Shown here piece by piece: positions 16,965 to 30,918 of a DNA stretch of 64,000 nt. Made by a program: the position numbers and the translations under genes. The notes beneath the pieces were generated by a model that ran no database searches, had not been told where the DNA came from, and saw only the letters and a list, made by a program, of their open reading frames with translations. Within the stretch, counting starts at the first letter, position 1; each line of letters begins with the position of its first letter. Location of the stretch: NCBI RefSeq assembly GCF_009914755.1, contig NC_060932.1; one strand, written 5' to 3'. This DNA comes from the human T2T-CHM13v2.0 reference genome, Homo sapiens.

Positions 16965-17700
16965 AGTCATTCATTTGACATATATTTATTAGGCACCCTC
17001 TATGTGCCAAGTACTGTTCTAGGTTCCAGGAATATAGCAGGGAAGGAGACAATTTCTCTCCTCTCATGGTGCTCACATTCAAGTGGGAGAGACAGCAAGT
17101 AAGTAAATAAATCCCTGCAAAGTGAGGGGAATCAAATATTGAGAAGAATTATGAGGAAATCAAAATAGGGAAGTATGGTTTAAGTGCCAGGTTGATCCTT
17201 TTGACTCTGTGGCTAGAGAAAGCCCCTTTGAGAAGGCTTGACAAGTAGAACTCTCCCTTTCAATTGGAGAGAGAAGCCTCCAGGGAGAAGGAACAGCTGG
17301 TACTGAAGCCCCAAAGCAGAAAGAAGGCCAGGGTGGCCAGAGGTTGGTGGCCGGGCTTAAGGTCAGAGGCTTAGGTGGGGCCAACTGTGAAGAGCTGTGG
17401 CAGCTCCTGTACATTTTGGGACTTGGGAAGGAGTTTGGATTTTATTCTTATATTAATGAAAACCAGTTGGAAGGTTTTAAGCAGGGGGATGACTTCATCT
17501 GATTTAGGCTTTTGAAAGATCATGCTTTTGTAGGAATGGATTGCAAGGGGGCAGAAATGGAGAAATAGAGACTGGTAGGAAGCTGTTGCAATGGCCCAGT
17601 TGAATGATGTTGATGGCTTGGACTACATTGAAGATGAAGGAGACAAAAAACATTAGATGAATTTGGGGACGTATTTTAAAGGTAGAATTAATGGGAATTC
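16965..17700 (-). mobile_element. L2 LINE fragment
   Basis: tcattcatttgacatatatttattaggcaccctctatgtgccaagtactgttctagg is the antisense L2 3' end, followed by purine-rich L2 body. Confidence 0.8.
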
Positions 17701-20229
17701 ATCTCCAAAACACATGCTAAAACAAGTTTAAAAATTGTTTCTATTTATACCAATAGAAGACTAATTGATTAAATTATTTCCATCCAAATGAAGTTGGTTG
17801 CTTAAAATTTGGTGCAGCCGTACTAGATAATATTCTTTATCTCAATATATATGAATATGTGTTAAGTATATGTGTTTTATGTTCTTGATATGGTAATTAA
17901 AATAAGCCCATATATGTCTATATTTGGCTGCATGAGAATAGGGATGTGTGTAAATTAATACCCAAGGGACTCACAACATTGGTTACCTAAACTAAATGAG
18001 TCAAGGGAAAAGAGATCATGATTTTTTCCTTTAAACAATTCCTGTAATGTTTGGGTTGTTGAGTTGAGTTTGCATTACTATTGTATCTTTTAAAAAGTTA
18101 CTCACATGAAGAAAACTAATATTCAGGGTTGCTGGTTACCTGCCACATTTGTTAATCTGCTTTTCATGACTGCTGAGTTCAGTTCACCTACTTGAGTTTG
18201 GGGAAGATTCCATGAATGTACCTTGTTGGAGTTGAAGGACAGAAGATTCTTTTCTTACTTCTCCTTTCTCTATAAAACATGACCGTGCTTTGAAGTAAAA
18301 TTGAAGTAAAAGGTCTAAACAAATGCAAACGAAAATGCTAAACAAATGCAAATCAGTATTCTCCTTTCGAAGAAGTTTTGAAAAAGAGAGTTGTTCTACT
18401 TTAGAAATGGATCTGTACAAGAAGGTGTGATACAGGTTCAGGCAGATTCTGGGTGTCAAACTGGTCACCGTGCCTGGGACATTTCTCTTTTGCTTTCTTC
18501 CTGCTTTCCTCTCTTCATTCTTTCACACAACAAAAAAGTGGAAGTAGCTTAAAGAAGTATACATGGAAAATGGTAAACTATATAAACAAACATAATCTTA
18601 GGATCAGGGTATATTAGGTAGCAAATTGATGCAGCTGCTTTAAGAATAAGGACCAAGAGAACACAGGCTTAAATAAATGTCGGAGATCCTCAATAGTCAC
18701 CTTGGAAGGTGAGAAGTATGTTCCATTTACTCATAGGTAACTGAGATCCTAGAAGCTTTTAAGGCGCAGATGGGCAGGCTAATGGGCAATGATGTTAGAT
18801 GATAAAAATAATGTCACCCAATTATGGAAAGCTCTTTTATGTACATTATTGTTAGTTGAGTCTCAAAACAGCCATGTGTATGGACTCTTCTCTCATCCTG
18901 CCTCTTTCTTCGGGAGATTAAGAATTTGCTTAAGGTCACGTAGGTGGCAACTAACAGACTAGGTTCCTATGGAATGTAGTCTCACTTGTGTTTAATTTAA
19001 TTTAGAAATAAAAAAGAGACATGTAGTCACCTAGGGCCTATGTGCTTTAAAAGCTCTCCTTGTCATCATACCATTTGGCCATAAACATATTTAAAATAAC
19101 TGGTTTTCTCATTAGATAGAGAAGCAAGGTTAGCAAGAAAACACTGCAAGGATCTTTTCAATTTGAATAAGATTTAGGTGTCTAAGATGGTAGCCCTAAT
19201 AGGTCATGTAAGATTAGCTCCATTTATGTATCAAATGCATGTCAACAGAACCCATAGCATTTGCGAATATAGATTTTTAATTTTCACACATATACTTTAA
19301 AACTATTATTAGCAACATATTTTTCTTCCTGATGAAGGCTTTAACACTCTTCTTTTTGTGAAATAAAATGTATCCATAGAAACTAAAATCTCAAAGATGC
19401 TGGCTTTACCTTATTTTGACTCTGAAAGTTTTAGGTTTTAAAAATAGAAACCAGTTGATTGCTATAGTTTCTGTAGTAAGACTGCTGCAATTATAATAGA
19501 TTTCCTGGCTGGTTGTACAGGCCACAGATGTTTTTTGGCACATGTGTGAAACCTGGTCAGACCTTACTGATGACCTGGATGAATCTTAAGCGAGATGTTT
19601 TTCTCTGTGGAGCAGGATTTGGGGACAATTCGGAAGTAAAATTATGCCCTGTTGGGAGGAACACTTTCTCCTTAAATTGTCCTGGAAACGCTTCTTTGTT
19701 TTACATTTGTTCTTCTGCTTTAGAATAATTCCATAATTGGGCTTATTTTGGGTATTGGGAGTACTTCCTAGATAGAAATATTTAACATATATTCAAGAGA
19801 TAGTTCCTGTTTACACAAAAATATTACCTGCAGGAACTGGAAGTCTTCCTTTGAATGTCTGAAGTCCCTCCTTACTTATTAATGCCATGTAATTCTCACA
19901 CTGATATATGGACTGGGAAAATTGCAGGAAAAAATCTTCCCCGTGTCCCCTTCCCTCAAAAGGGTACAATACAAAACTTCTATAACCCCATGCCAAAAAG
20001 ATTTTATGCTTAATTGAAATAGGAAGCTATCTGCAAAATAGTAGCTTACCATTGTATTATTTCATTTAGTTAAGTGACTATAGTTGGATTAAAATGTGCT
20101 GCTATAGTCAATAATTCACGAATTAGCTACCAATGCATTAAAAACCTGAAGTTGCATCTTCAGAAATTGTTTATTCGTGTCAGCGTACAAATATGTTTTA
20201 TATCACCTACATTAAAAAGAAATAGCCCT

Positions 20230-21530
20230 CCCCTACCCCACACTGTTCCCTTTCTTTGATCTTTCTCCTGGAAAAGGCTGTCTATACCTGCTTTCTCACC
20301 TTCATTACCCTCAACACACTCCAGTGGGCCTCTTCTTCCCTCTGTGTAACTGAAATGGCTGTATTTTGCCAAAGTCTATTGACTATCCTGATAGCATTCC
20401 TTGTCTTAGTGGGATCTGATGCAGTTGACCGTAAACCTCTACTTGGTGGTTCTCCGTGACCCCACATATGCCTGGTTTTTGTCCTTTCTTGTGGGGGCTC
20501 CTCTGTGGTATCCTATGCTGACTCCGCCTTTTCTCCCCTTCCCTTTCCTTGGTAAAGCTCCAGGACTCAGGACTCCATCTTCTCCTTTTCTCTCTCCATT
20601 TTCAATCCTCTGGCGATCTCATTCAGGGTCCTGGCCTGTTTGACCTCTGCAACTGGGTTTAATCCATATCTCACGCTTCACATGTTCCAAATCAGCTCTT
20701 GATCCTTCCCCTGCCCCACCCCAGTGCTCCTGCAGTTTGCTTTTCTGCTGTCTTCTCTATCTCGGGCTTATGCCCATCCTCCCCATTGCTCAGCCTAAAA
20801 CCTCGAATACACTCTTCACTTCCCTTTCTCTCACACCATTCTTGTGGCTTTACCTTCAAACATGCAGCCTTTCCTCCCTACCTCTACTGCTGGTGGCCTT
20901 GGGTGAGCCACTGCCATCTCTCCTGTAAGTGGTATCTTTGCTGCTACCGACCAACCCACAGTTGTCCTGAGTGGCTGTACACTTCACTCATGGTCAAAGC
21001 CAAATCCTTTCAATGGCCTTCAGGATCTGTGCCCTCCCTGCCTGCATTGCTTCTCCAATCCTGCCTCCTCTGCCTCCCTCTCACTGCCGCTCTGGTCACA
21101 CTGGTTTTCTTGATGTTCCTTGGACACACCAGCCCTGTGGCTTTGCACTGGCTCTTCCCTCTGCCAAAAATGACCCCTTTCCAGATGCTCACATTTCTAA
21201 CTTTCCACTCCTTCCAGACTGCTTAAATGCCAGCTTCAGTGAGGCCTGTTCTGATCATCCTGGTTACAACTGGTAATCCATTCTTCAGTTCACCTCTGAA
21301 ACTTCCAACCCTCTTACACTGCTCAATTTTGTTTTCAGTTACATTTACCATCTATCAACATTACATAATTGACTTACTGTATTCACTGTTGACCTCTCCT
21401 CTCACTGGAATGTAACCTCCCGGAAGACAGGAATCTTTGTTTTGTTTACTGATGTTCCCCAACATGCTGAGGGCAGTACCTGATGCACAGAGAGCCTTCC
21501 ACAAGTCATTGTTGGGTAAATGAATAAAGG
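20230..21530 (+). mobile_element. L2 LINE fragment
   Basis: Pyrimidine-rich L2 body ending ...gaatgtaacctcccggaagacaggaatctttgttttgtttactgatg...ttgttgggtaaatgaataaa. Confidence 0.8.
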
Positions 21531-21838
21531 TGGCAGTAAGTTTGGGCTTGTGGTATCCATAGTAGATCTAAAGTCCTGTCCCTCCCAATACACCTCTCTC
21601 CACACCCACCCTGTGCATTTCTTTATTGCAAAATTGCAGTTTTTATTTGGGGATAAGACCTTTTTGTTTTGTTAACCTTTCCCTGGGAGTTTCTCCAAAG
21701 CAGATTAATGAGTTCAGTGTTTCCTTTGATGTTGCTAAAAAGATAGGCAGATTGATGTTTACAGGGCCATTTGCACAATCAGGATGTTCTCATGCATGAA
21801 CCACCATCAATTCAAGAACTGTACCTTCCATATTTTAG

Positions 21839-22063
21839 GTTCAAGCTTCAGAAAGGTTTTACAATTTCACAGCACGGCATGCTGTCTGGGAGCACAGTTT
21901 TGATCTTCACAGTGTAAGCAGCACATTTCCAGTACCTGTGACTATGGAGTTCCTCCTGCTGCCTCCTCCTCTCTTAGGAATATCCCAGGATGGAAGACAG
22001 CACTGCATTCCTGAGGACCTTCCTTCTCAAGAAATGCTCTTAGCAGAGAGGGCCCCTGTCTGA
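21839..22063 (+). CDS. PREX2: Alternative terminal coding exon of short isoform P-Rex2b
   Basis: ttttag|GTT acceptor in phase 0; 74 open codons VQASERFYNFTARHAVWEHSFDLHSVSSTFPVPVTMEFLLLPPPLLGISQDGRQHCIPEDLPSQEMLLAERAPV then TGA (22061-22063). 905+74 = 979 aa, the recalled P-Rex2b length. Confidence 0.88.
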   Translation, partial: VQASERFYNFTARHAVWEHSFDLHSVSSTFPVPVTMEFLLLPPPLLGISQDGRQHCIPEDLPSQEMLLAERAPV

Positions 22064-22329
22064 TTCTTACCCTTTGGAACAGTTCAGGCACCCTTAGACA
22101 CAGTACACAGCCCTTCCTAGCATGTGGGCAGGGGGACATCCTGTATTCACAGGCATTTGTATTGAGCTACAAGTTGGAAAGCCAGTCCCCCTAGCAAGAG
22201 AATCTTCTGCCAGCTCTCCCCGATTACTCCATTAACACTTCTTGACATCACCCTATTCATTTCCTTTTCAGCTTGTACCAAAATTTCTAACTATCTGGCT
22301 TTTACGTGCATTATATAATTGTATATATA

Positions 22330-22590
22330 CAGTCATGCACTGCATAACATTTCAGTAAATGACAGACCATATATATATGGATATATATATATATATATAT
22401 ATGGATATATATACACATATATATACACACACATATATATATATATACATATATATGTATATATATATAAAATGGTGGTCCCATAAGATTATACTACTAC
22501 ATTTTGGCTCTACTTTTTCTATGTTCAGATAGATGCACCTATTGGTGTATTTTTCAGAATACATCCCCGTTGTTAAGCAATGCATTACTG
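22330..22590. mobile_element. Tigger3/MER7-like internally deleted DNA transposon with an inner (TA)n expansion
   Basis: Termini cagtcatgcactgcataac... and ...gttaagcaatgcattactg, TA-flanked; internal ggtggtcccataagattata. Confidence 0.8.
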
Positions 22591-22628
22591 TATTATATAT
22601 ATGGCACATGTATTATATATATGGCACA

Positions 22629-22680
22629 TTGCCGTTACTTTTAATGGCAAAAACCGCAATCACTTTTGCTCCAACCTAGT
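22629..22680. mobile_element. Partial MADE1 (Hsmar1-derived MITE)
   Basis: ttgccgttacttttaatggcaaaaaccgcaatcacttttgctccaaccta matches the centre and right TIR of MADE1. Confidence 0.85.
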
Positions 22681-22686
22681 AATTGC

Positions 22687-22692
22687 AATAAA
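22687..22692 (+). promoter_or_regulatory. Candidate polyadenylation signal for P-Rex2b
   Basis: First AATAAA I find downstream of the P-Rex2b stop, followed by T/GT-rich sequence (ttgttgt...ttgtttttc). Use is inferred. Confidence 0.4.
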
Positions 22693-24762
22693 CAATTGTT
22701 GTATATAGCAATACTATTGCATTGTTTTTCCTGTGGTGCCTACTAGACCATGAACTCCAGGAGGGCAAGGGCTATATCTCCAGCATTGAGCACAGAGTCT
22801 GGAATAGATGCCTCTCTTCTTGCTTTTGAATGGATGGATAATTGTTTAAAATGGAAGAAGGCAAGAGAAGCATAACTTCCTATTATGGTGGATGCTGTTA
22901 CCTAATAACATTGATTTCAGTGCCTTTATTTGTGCCATGGGTGCCTTGTGAGACTTTTATCCTGCAATAACAGTGGGAAAGAACTTTTGACTGAAAGTTT
23001 TTTGCATCTAGCCTTAAACTCTATGTCCCATATAAGCCTCCAAGTCACCGTTTCTTTATTAGTAAAGTGATGGGATAGGTCAGGATTTCTCTAAATTCCT
23101 TTCTTCAAAAAATGTTTAGGATAAATTTTCACTATCCATTATTATTAAATTTGCTCATCATTTTGTTAATAATTTCCTGCATTTCAATTCAGTTCCATTT
23201 AGATTCCTACTGTGCGCTGGCACATGGCTGAACTACATAGCTTCTGACATGTGAATTGAAGACATAGTTTAATACACACATTATACATGCGTATGTATAT
23301 ATATCACATATATATATAATCTACACGTATACATATAAGAGAGTCCCTGTTCTAATGGTGAGCTTATATTTATGCAATGTCAATTTTGATATTTATTCTT
23401 GAATTTAATCTAGAAAAGTTAGATAATGACCAGTCATAGTCTTAATTTTTATTCTTATTCATGCCAAAATTATTACTCTACTAGTAGAGTAAATAGATAG
23501 GATCATGGTTATAGTTTTCAAGGGAGAAGAGAATATAGACATTATTTAATCCATGTCCATTGTGTTACGAAGAATGCAAAAAAGACACTGACTTGCCTAA
23601 CATCATATCAGTTATTGTGACAGCTGTAACTAAAACATGGTAGCTAGTGACTCTGAATCCTTTGCTTTTGAGACTACAATTCAGTCTAACTCTATGAGAC
23701 TCTTACTGATGGTACACAGAACAGACCTATGTATTAGCCTCATGGGGTTTACCATCTGCCGGGGGAGCTAGAAATAAGACAATTATTTATACCTATATAA
23801 TAGGAAGGTTACAGCGTGCTGGAACTTAGCAGTAGTCAGGGAAATTGAACCTAGACTATGAGTCAGGGAAGGCCTCCTGATGATTTGATAGAAATTGAAG
23901 TTGCAAAGGAAACAGTTCGGCAATGAAGGAAGAAGAACATTCTAGGCCCACTGAACAGCCTGTAGAAAGGGTCAGAGTGAGTAGATAGTGTGTGAGACGA
24001 ACTAAGTGAGGGCCAGAAGGAGCTTAGGGAGCAAGGGGAAGAAAGCTTGAGATAGAGAAGTTAGGTGAGGATCTGACTTGGGCTGCTTTGGAGACCTTGG
24101 CGAGGAGTAGATGCATTTGAATGGAAACCCATGGCAAGGTTTGAAGCAGTGGAGTGGCTACCTTGGAAGTCATATAAATCATGTGAGTATCACTTTATTC
24201 TCAAACCATAAAGGCAGAGTGCACACTAGTCTTCAGTTTGATCCTGACTCAATGATTAGCAGGAGGCATGGGAAACAGACTTGTCCTGCCATTCTGGGCC
24301 TCAGCCTCCACACCCTACTGTCTGACCTGTACACAGACTAGTGCTTTGGATTAGCTTTATGCTTGTGTTTGGGACATCCCATCTTCCTCCACCCTTGACC
24401 TGGCAGCTACCCTGTTTTGCCATTTTGCCTTGTTTGGAAGATCTCCATTCTCTCCTGGTGTCCTGGGATGCCACTTGCCCTGTCAGGCTCTTTCAGCTGC
24501 TGGGAGCCTGTGGATTTGAGTCCAAGTATATTGTGCTGGCCACAGAAATTCATTTCTTTTAACACCTAAGTTGCAATCACAGTTTCAAAGGAATCATATG
24601 CATTTGCTGCTTATATTGCTTGGCTTTATTAAGAATGCTTCAGTTTTGAAATCACAATGGAATTTCTAACAACATATAATTTATTTCACTCATTCCAGTT
24701 GACATGATTTAATTTGCCTTTGATTTTGTTGTGAATGATGCAAGTGAAAAAAAGATGCCTGA

Positions 24763-25086
<324 letters not shown>

Positions 25087-25516
25087 TAGCTATTCATGCA
25101 TCCCTGAAATTCAATAGATACCTGGTGTGCAAACAAGCATGAACTTTTATAAAGGAAGGATTTCTTGCTGTAATCATTTGGATAATTATGCCTAAGTGTA
25201 TACTGAATGAAAATGGAGTTAGGCATTTTTGTTATTTTTCTTCTAAGAAGGATGATTGCTCTTGCTTTCCTTATGCATATGATAGGCACAGCTCATCTTG
25301 CTGTGAAAGCTGCTGATCTGAAATGGCCCTGAAACTTTGAGGACAATACCTGAGGAACAGCTGCAGCAATGCACAGTGCCATTCTGTACCATCACAGTAG
25401 GACAAGGGATCAAACTATCCTCTAGTTTTTAATTACAGCTCCCCACGGGCTCTAATTTCTGAACTAAATTCAGCATTGGATCAGCATTTTATTTTATGGA
25501 ATCTCAAATTTAATTT

Positions 25517-26041
25517 AACTGGATAAAGAAAATGGGGTATATAAACACAATGGAATACCACTCAGCCATAAAAAGAAGTAAATCCTGTCATTTGTGACAA
25601 CATAAATGAACCTGGAAGATATTATGTTAAAGTGAAATAAGCCAGACACAGAAAGACAAATACTATATGATCTCATTTATATGAGAAATATAAAAAAGTT
25701 GATCTCATAGAAGTAGAGAGTAGAATGGTGAGTAGCAGGGCCTGGGGTGGTTGGGTGGGGGATTGAGAAGATGAAGGTCAAAGGATATAAAATTTCAATC
25801 AGATAAGAGGAATAAGTTCAAGAGATATATTGTATAACATGCTGAGTATAGTTAACATATTGTATTCTTGATAAATCCTAAGAGAGTGGGTATAAAGTGC
25901 TCTCAGCACCAACATGATAACTATGTGAAGTAATACATATGTTAATTACCTAGATTTAGTCATTGCATAATGCATATATACGTCAAAACATCAGGTTGTA
26001 CATGTAATACATATAATTTTATCTGTCAATTAAAAAATAAA
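25517..26041 (+). mobile_element. L1M (L1MA-like) 3' end
   Basis: ggataaagaaaatg...cacaatggaatac...gaacctggaagatattatgttaaagtgaaataagccagacacagaaagacaaatac...A-rich end. Confidence 0.88.
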
Positions 26042-26083
26042 TGAAATTAATTGGACTGGGTTGTTATCGCAAGTTAAAGGTGA

Positions 26084-26326
<243 letters not shown>

Positions 26327-29196
26327 TAAGTGTTTTGTACTACACTTTTAAGTTTGCCAAATAAAATAGCCATAAAAATGTGGCTTAGAAAAATTCAATC
26401 ATTCTCTCTTTAGTTATTGGAAATTTAGGAGATTTGTGCTGATTATATAGATCCTCTTCATTCCAAAACCTTAAAAATGTTTTTTAATGGAAAAAATACA
26501 TATAGGTATATATTTTAAGTAAGCATTTAATACTAGGGAAGAGAATGACAAAATTCTGTCTTATACAAGGATACTAAATGAGTCTCAGTGTAAAAATATT
26601 ACCTTGAAAGATATATTTGAAAGAATACCAGTTTTGTATGAGGATTTCCTTGTATTCTTTGTAGTTCAGGGTGCAAATTTTGGTGAATATGCACTCAATA
26701 GATATTTATAAAAGACATAAAGTATAATAAATGCTTAACATACTTGTTAAATGAGTAAATGCAAAATTATGTATCTCTAGGACGAATTTTTTTTTCTGTT
26801 CTGATTGAATTGACAGCCTGCTAAGCAATAACCCAAATACCTGTGCCAGTATTTTTAACCAAGAGAAGGTGGAGGCAGTTAATGAGCACTTTTCCAAATA
26901 AATCAGTTCTAATTCTTATGTAAGAATATGATGGTTGGAGAATTGCCTGAGCTTGGTAGGATGGTTTGTCATATCATGGTATAGGACGATGCTTCACATC
27001 TAGTCCAGACAGCTCTGTATAGTCAGAACAGCATGGGGTTTGAGGTAGCTCAGTTTCTCATCTACAGAAGTGACTGAGTAATAATAATGAATTACAAGTT
27101 TGTGGTCATGAAAATTATACAAATTAATATAGAAAGTAATCAGCACACTGCCTAATATAGTGCTTGCTCATCCATTCAAGGGATGGAAATTATTGAATAT
27201 ATCCCAAATTGGCAGATTCTGAAAATAATAGAAATACTGTTATCTTCTTTTTATTGTACTCTCTTCGTGAAGTTGTTGATTTAAATGGCTACGGATGTGA
27301 ACTCTTTTAACTTCACACACACACCTATCATCCTGTACTTCATGGATAATTCAGTTTTGACACAAAATATTTAGAACTTATTCCAAGCCTTTGTTGTAAT
27401 TAGACATTATACGGATGAAGTCATAATTGACACGATCTCTCATTTTACACATTTTTGAAATTTAGAGATCAAAATCACATTAGATGCATCATATTTTAAA
27501 AATTATCCTCAATATTTAGTATTTACTTTGCTAATTTTCTGAAGTTTTATGAGTGATTTAGAATTAAGATTTTGTTTTTCTATTTCTAATATGCTAGTTT
27601 TGTATATTATACTGTGACTTTTCCCATTTACAGATGAATTAAACCGTTCAAGATTGCTAAGAGAAAAGGAGAGTATTTTTTTAAGCAATTGCATGACATC
27701 TTTGAATTGTGTTGGAATCCTTGTGACAGCAGTTTATATTTTAGGATATGATATTTTACTTCATTTAATAAATGAGATTTTATTGCATGATATATTTTAG
27801 AAACCAGTTATTGTCTCCCAGAGGTATTTATGAAGTATATAGAATTTTTATTAATAAGGCAATAAATAGTGGCATTGAATCATAGCTCCTAGGCTTCAAA
27901 GGGATTTTAAGAAAACATCTGGACCAATCCCATACTTCCAGTTCCAAGAGTTGTTATTGCTATTTTGGGATGAGTCTTGTCAGTGGCAAGATTATTGATG
28001 TGCCTCAGCTGACACTGCTCAGGGACTAATCTTTACTGCATTGACGATCTAGCACTGCCTCACAATCCTCCAGACTTTGTCTTTGTTAATTTATTGACTT
28101 TTTTTTTTAAGGTTCAGGTAATGTAGAAATATTTTTAGGAAAAATATGTAAACCCAAGGAGCTCCTTTTACTTGGTTTAAAATATTTATATTTAAGACAC
28201 TAGTTTCAGACTAGTTATTTTTTATTAACTAAAACTACTTAAAATGATTGTTTTTCACTGAAGATTTCCCCACCCTGTTATTCTAAAAACCTCTACCCAA
28301 CTGAGTGTGTTTATTAGAAAAGTGGCACACAGTGAGCAAATGATTGGAGAAACCACCTTGGTCTTCTTTGGGTACACCACATCATGTAATTCTAAGTATA
28401 AATAGGTTCCACACAACTTAATGTGCAATATAATCCCTGTAAAACAGTACAATTATTTTAAGTGCCTGGATTCCCCCTTGCCTTTAATATTCAGAGATGC
28501 TGCCATGCAGTCGAGGTTAACACATTATTTAAAAATCTAGTATCTGAACAATTTTCTCACCCTATAGTAATTGTTCCTGGTCAGAGATGTCTTTGCAAGT
28601 GAAGAAGCAGATCTCGGATGTGTTGCCAACTTTTAAGAGAAACTGCCTGATAACACCTCAGTGTTAGCTTTTCTAGAAGTTATTCATCCCTGTGAAAGGT
28701 CCTGGGGTTGAGCTTGTCTTATCATAAAGTCTGGTTGTTCTGTCACCTGGGAATACCTCTCTTAGAAATGAAATTTCCTTTAACACATAGGCATTTCACT
28801 AAATCCTCCTACTTAGCTTCAGAGCCAAAGATGGAATTAGAGATGAATTTGCTGTCTAGTAACATGAGGTAAGATGATGTAATGAATTTAATCAAGGATT
28901 TGTGATTCCAATTTCACTTTGGAAAGTTAAAGACTTTTGCCCTGCAATGGGCTATTTACTGGGTAATGACACTTAGGTACAAGAAATAAGTAAAAGGAAA
29001 AATAATTAATGTCCAAAACCTTTGACAGGGTTTTTAAATAGAGGATTTGTGTATTCTCACAGGGAGGAAAGGGGACTGGTAGACATAGGGGATTTGAGAA
29101 CAGACTTCATTTTGCAGGTGCCAGACGCCTCAGGATTGAGTGGTGAACAAACCACACTTTAAGACAGTTAGTAACCCGGGGGTTACAGATAGGAAT

Positions 29197-29220
29197 GGTG
29201 GTGGTGGTGGTGGTGGTGGT
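29197..29220. repeat. (GGT)8 microsatellite
   Basis: Directly visible. Confidence 0.95.
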
Positions 29221-30509
29221 AGAGTAATCACTGAGGTTTCCCCAAGCATTTTGCTACTAAATGTACAACAAGAGGGGCACACCATAAAAGCCAACTTTTT
29301 TATAGATGCTTATTTGCCAGGCAAGATTACATTATTATATACATTGGCTTATTTCATTCTCACAGTACTTCTGTGAGTTGAGTTATGAAACACCGGGATG
29401 CACCCTACTCCCTCCAGAGTGTGCAAGTTAGATGCAGGGAGAGGAAATCCTGCTTAATTTGCACAGGATATGTATGTAACAATATGTCTTGCCTACCCCA
29501 CCTCTAAAATGGGGAAAATAATAATACCTACTTCATAAGGTGGTTTTAGAGATTAAATGAATTCATACCTGTTAAGGACTTAGCATCGTGACTGTCATGA
29601 AAGCTGAACAGATGTTAGCAATGATGATGATGTTTAAAAACACACAGGTCATTGCAACATACTGTATACAAAAATCTTTCTTATCAATGGCACAAGGAGA
29701 AGATTCACCTGGAATTGCATGCTGCTGAAGGTTTTAATTAATGGACCTCTAGTAGGTAACTTAATATTTTATACCAATGAAAGTGAAGGGATTTCTGCAA
29801 GCACAAATATTATGGTTTGATGCCTTGTTGCTTTTCAGAATCTAGAAATTTTATGCAAAACATGGTGTTAAAAATACAGTTTTTCTATCATTTGTTTGTA
29901 AGCCTAACACTTGTCCCACGGGGTCAATGCAAGCATGATTGCAGCTGTTTTAAATAAAAAGCAAATATCTGAATACAATTCATATAACTTTGAAAAAAAT
30001 TATGCTTAGCCCCATGACTTCTAATTTAAAAGATACATAAGCACAGAGGCCTCTTGGCAAAATGAGAACTCCTGCATTTTTTCCCTCTTTGGTATTCAGA
30101 GTTCATCTGTCTGTGCAGCATGGAGCTTGGATAATTGGAGTTAGTCTAATGTTTTAATCTTTTGGGTGGAGAGGGTGAATAAATAGACAATCTGTCTTAC
30201 AGGACATAAAAGTATCTTTCCAAAGAGAAAAACTGTGTTTAAAATCATCCATAGCTTTTGGTTATTAAAAATGTTCACAGGGCCTCAAGCAATGTAACAT
30301 AGCTCCTTCAATTTTTCACTGGTGTCTAAAACCTATAAAATGTCAAAATATTGTTCAAATCTCACCTCGCTGTGAGACCTGACCTGACTGCACCACTGTT
30401 TGAAGTGGCAGCTTCACGCTTCCTTCCCTGCTTTCTTTTTCTCCTTACCATTTGCTGCCATTTGATATACTAGAAAGTTTACTTGTTTTTACTTGTCTTC
30501 TCTCAGTAG

Positions 30510-30918
<409 letters not shown>

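Noticed and set aside
20699-21276. Longest ORFs in the track (175 aa and overlapping)
   Set aside because: They lie in pyrimidine-rich decayed L2 sequence, have Leu/Pro/Ser-biased composition and no recognisable domain.
26036-26041. Sense L1-derived AATAAA shortly upstream of exon ~25
   Set aside because: AATAAA is frequent in this AT-rich window, and there is no associated terminal-exon evidence.
29171-29220. gtaaccc-gg-gggttac palindrome next to (GGT)8, giving a poly-Gly ORF
   Set aside because: A 7-bp stem and a short microsatellite are within chance expectation; no convincing exon context.
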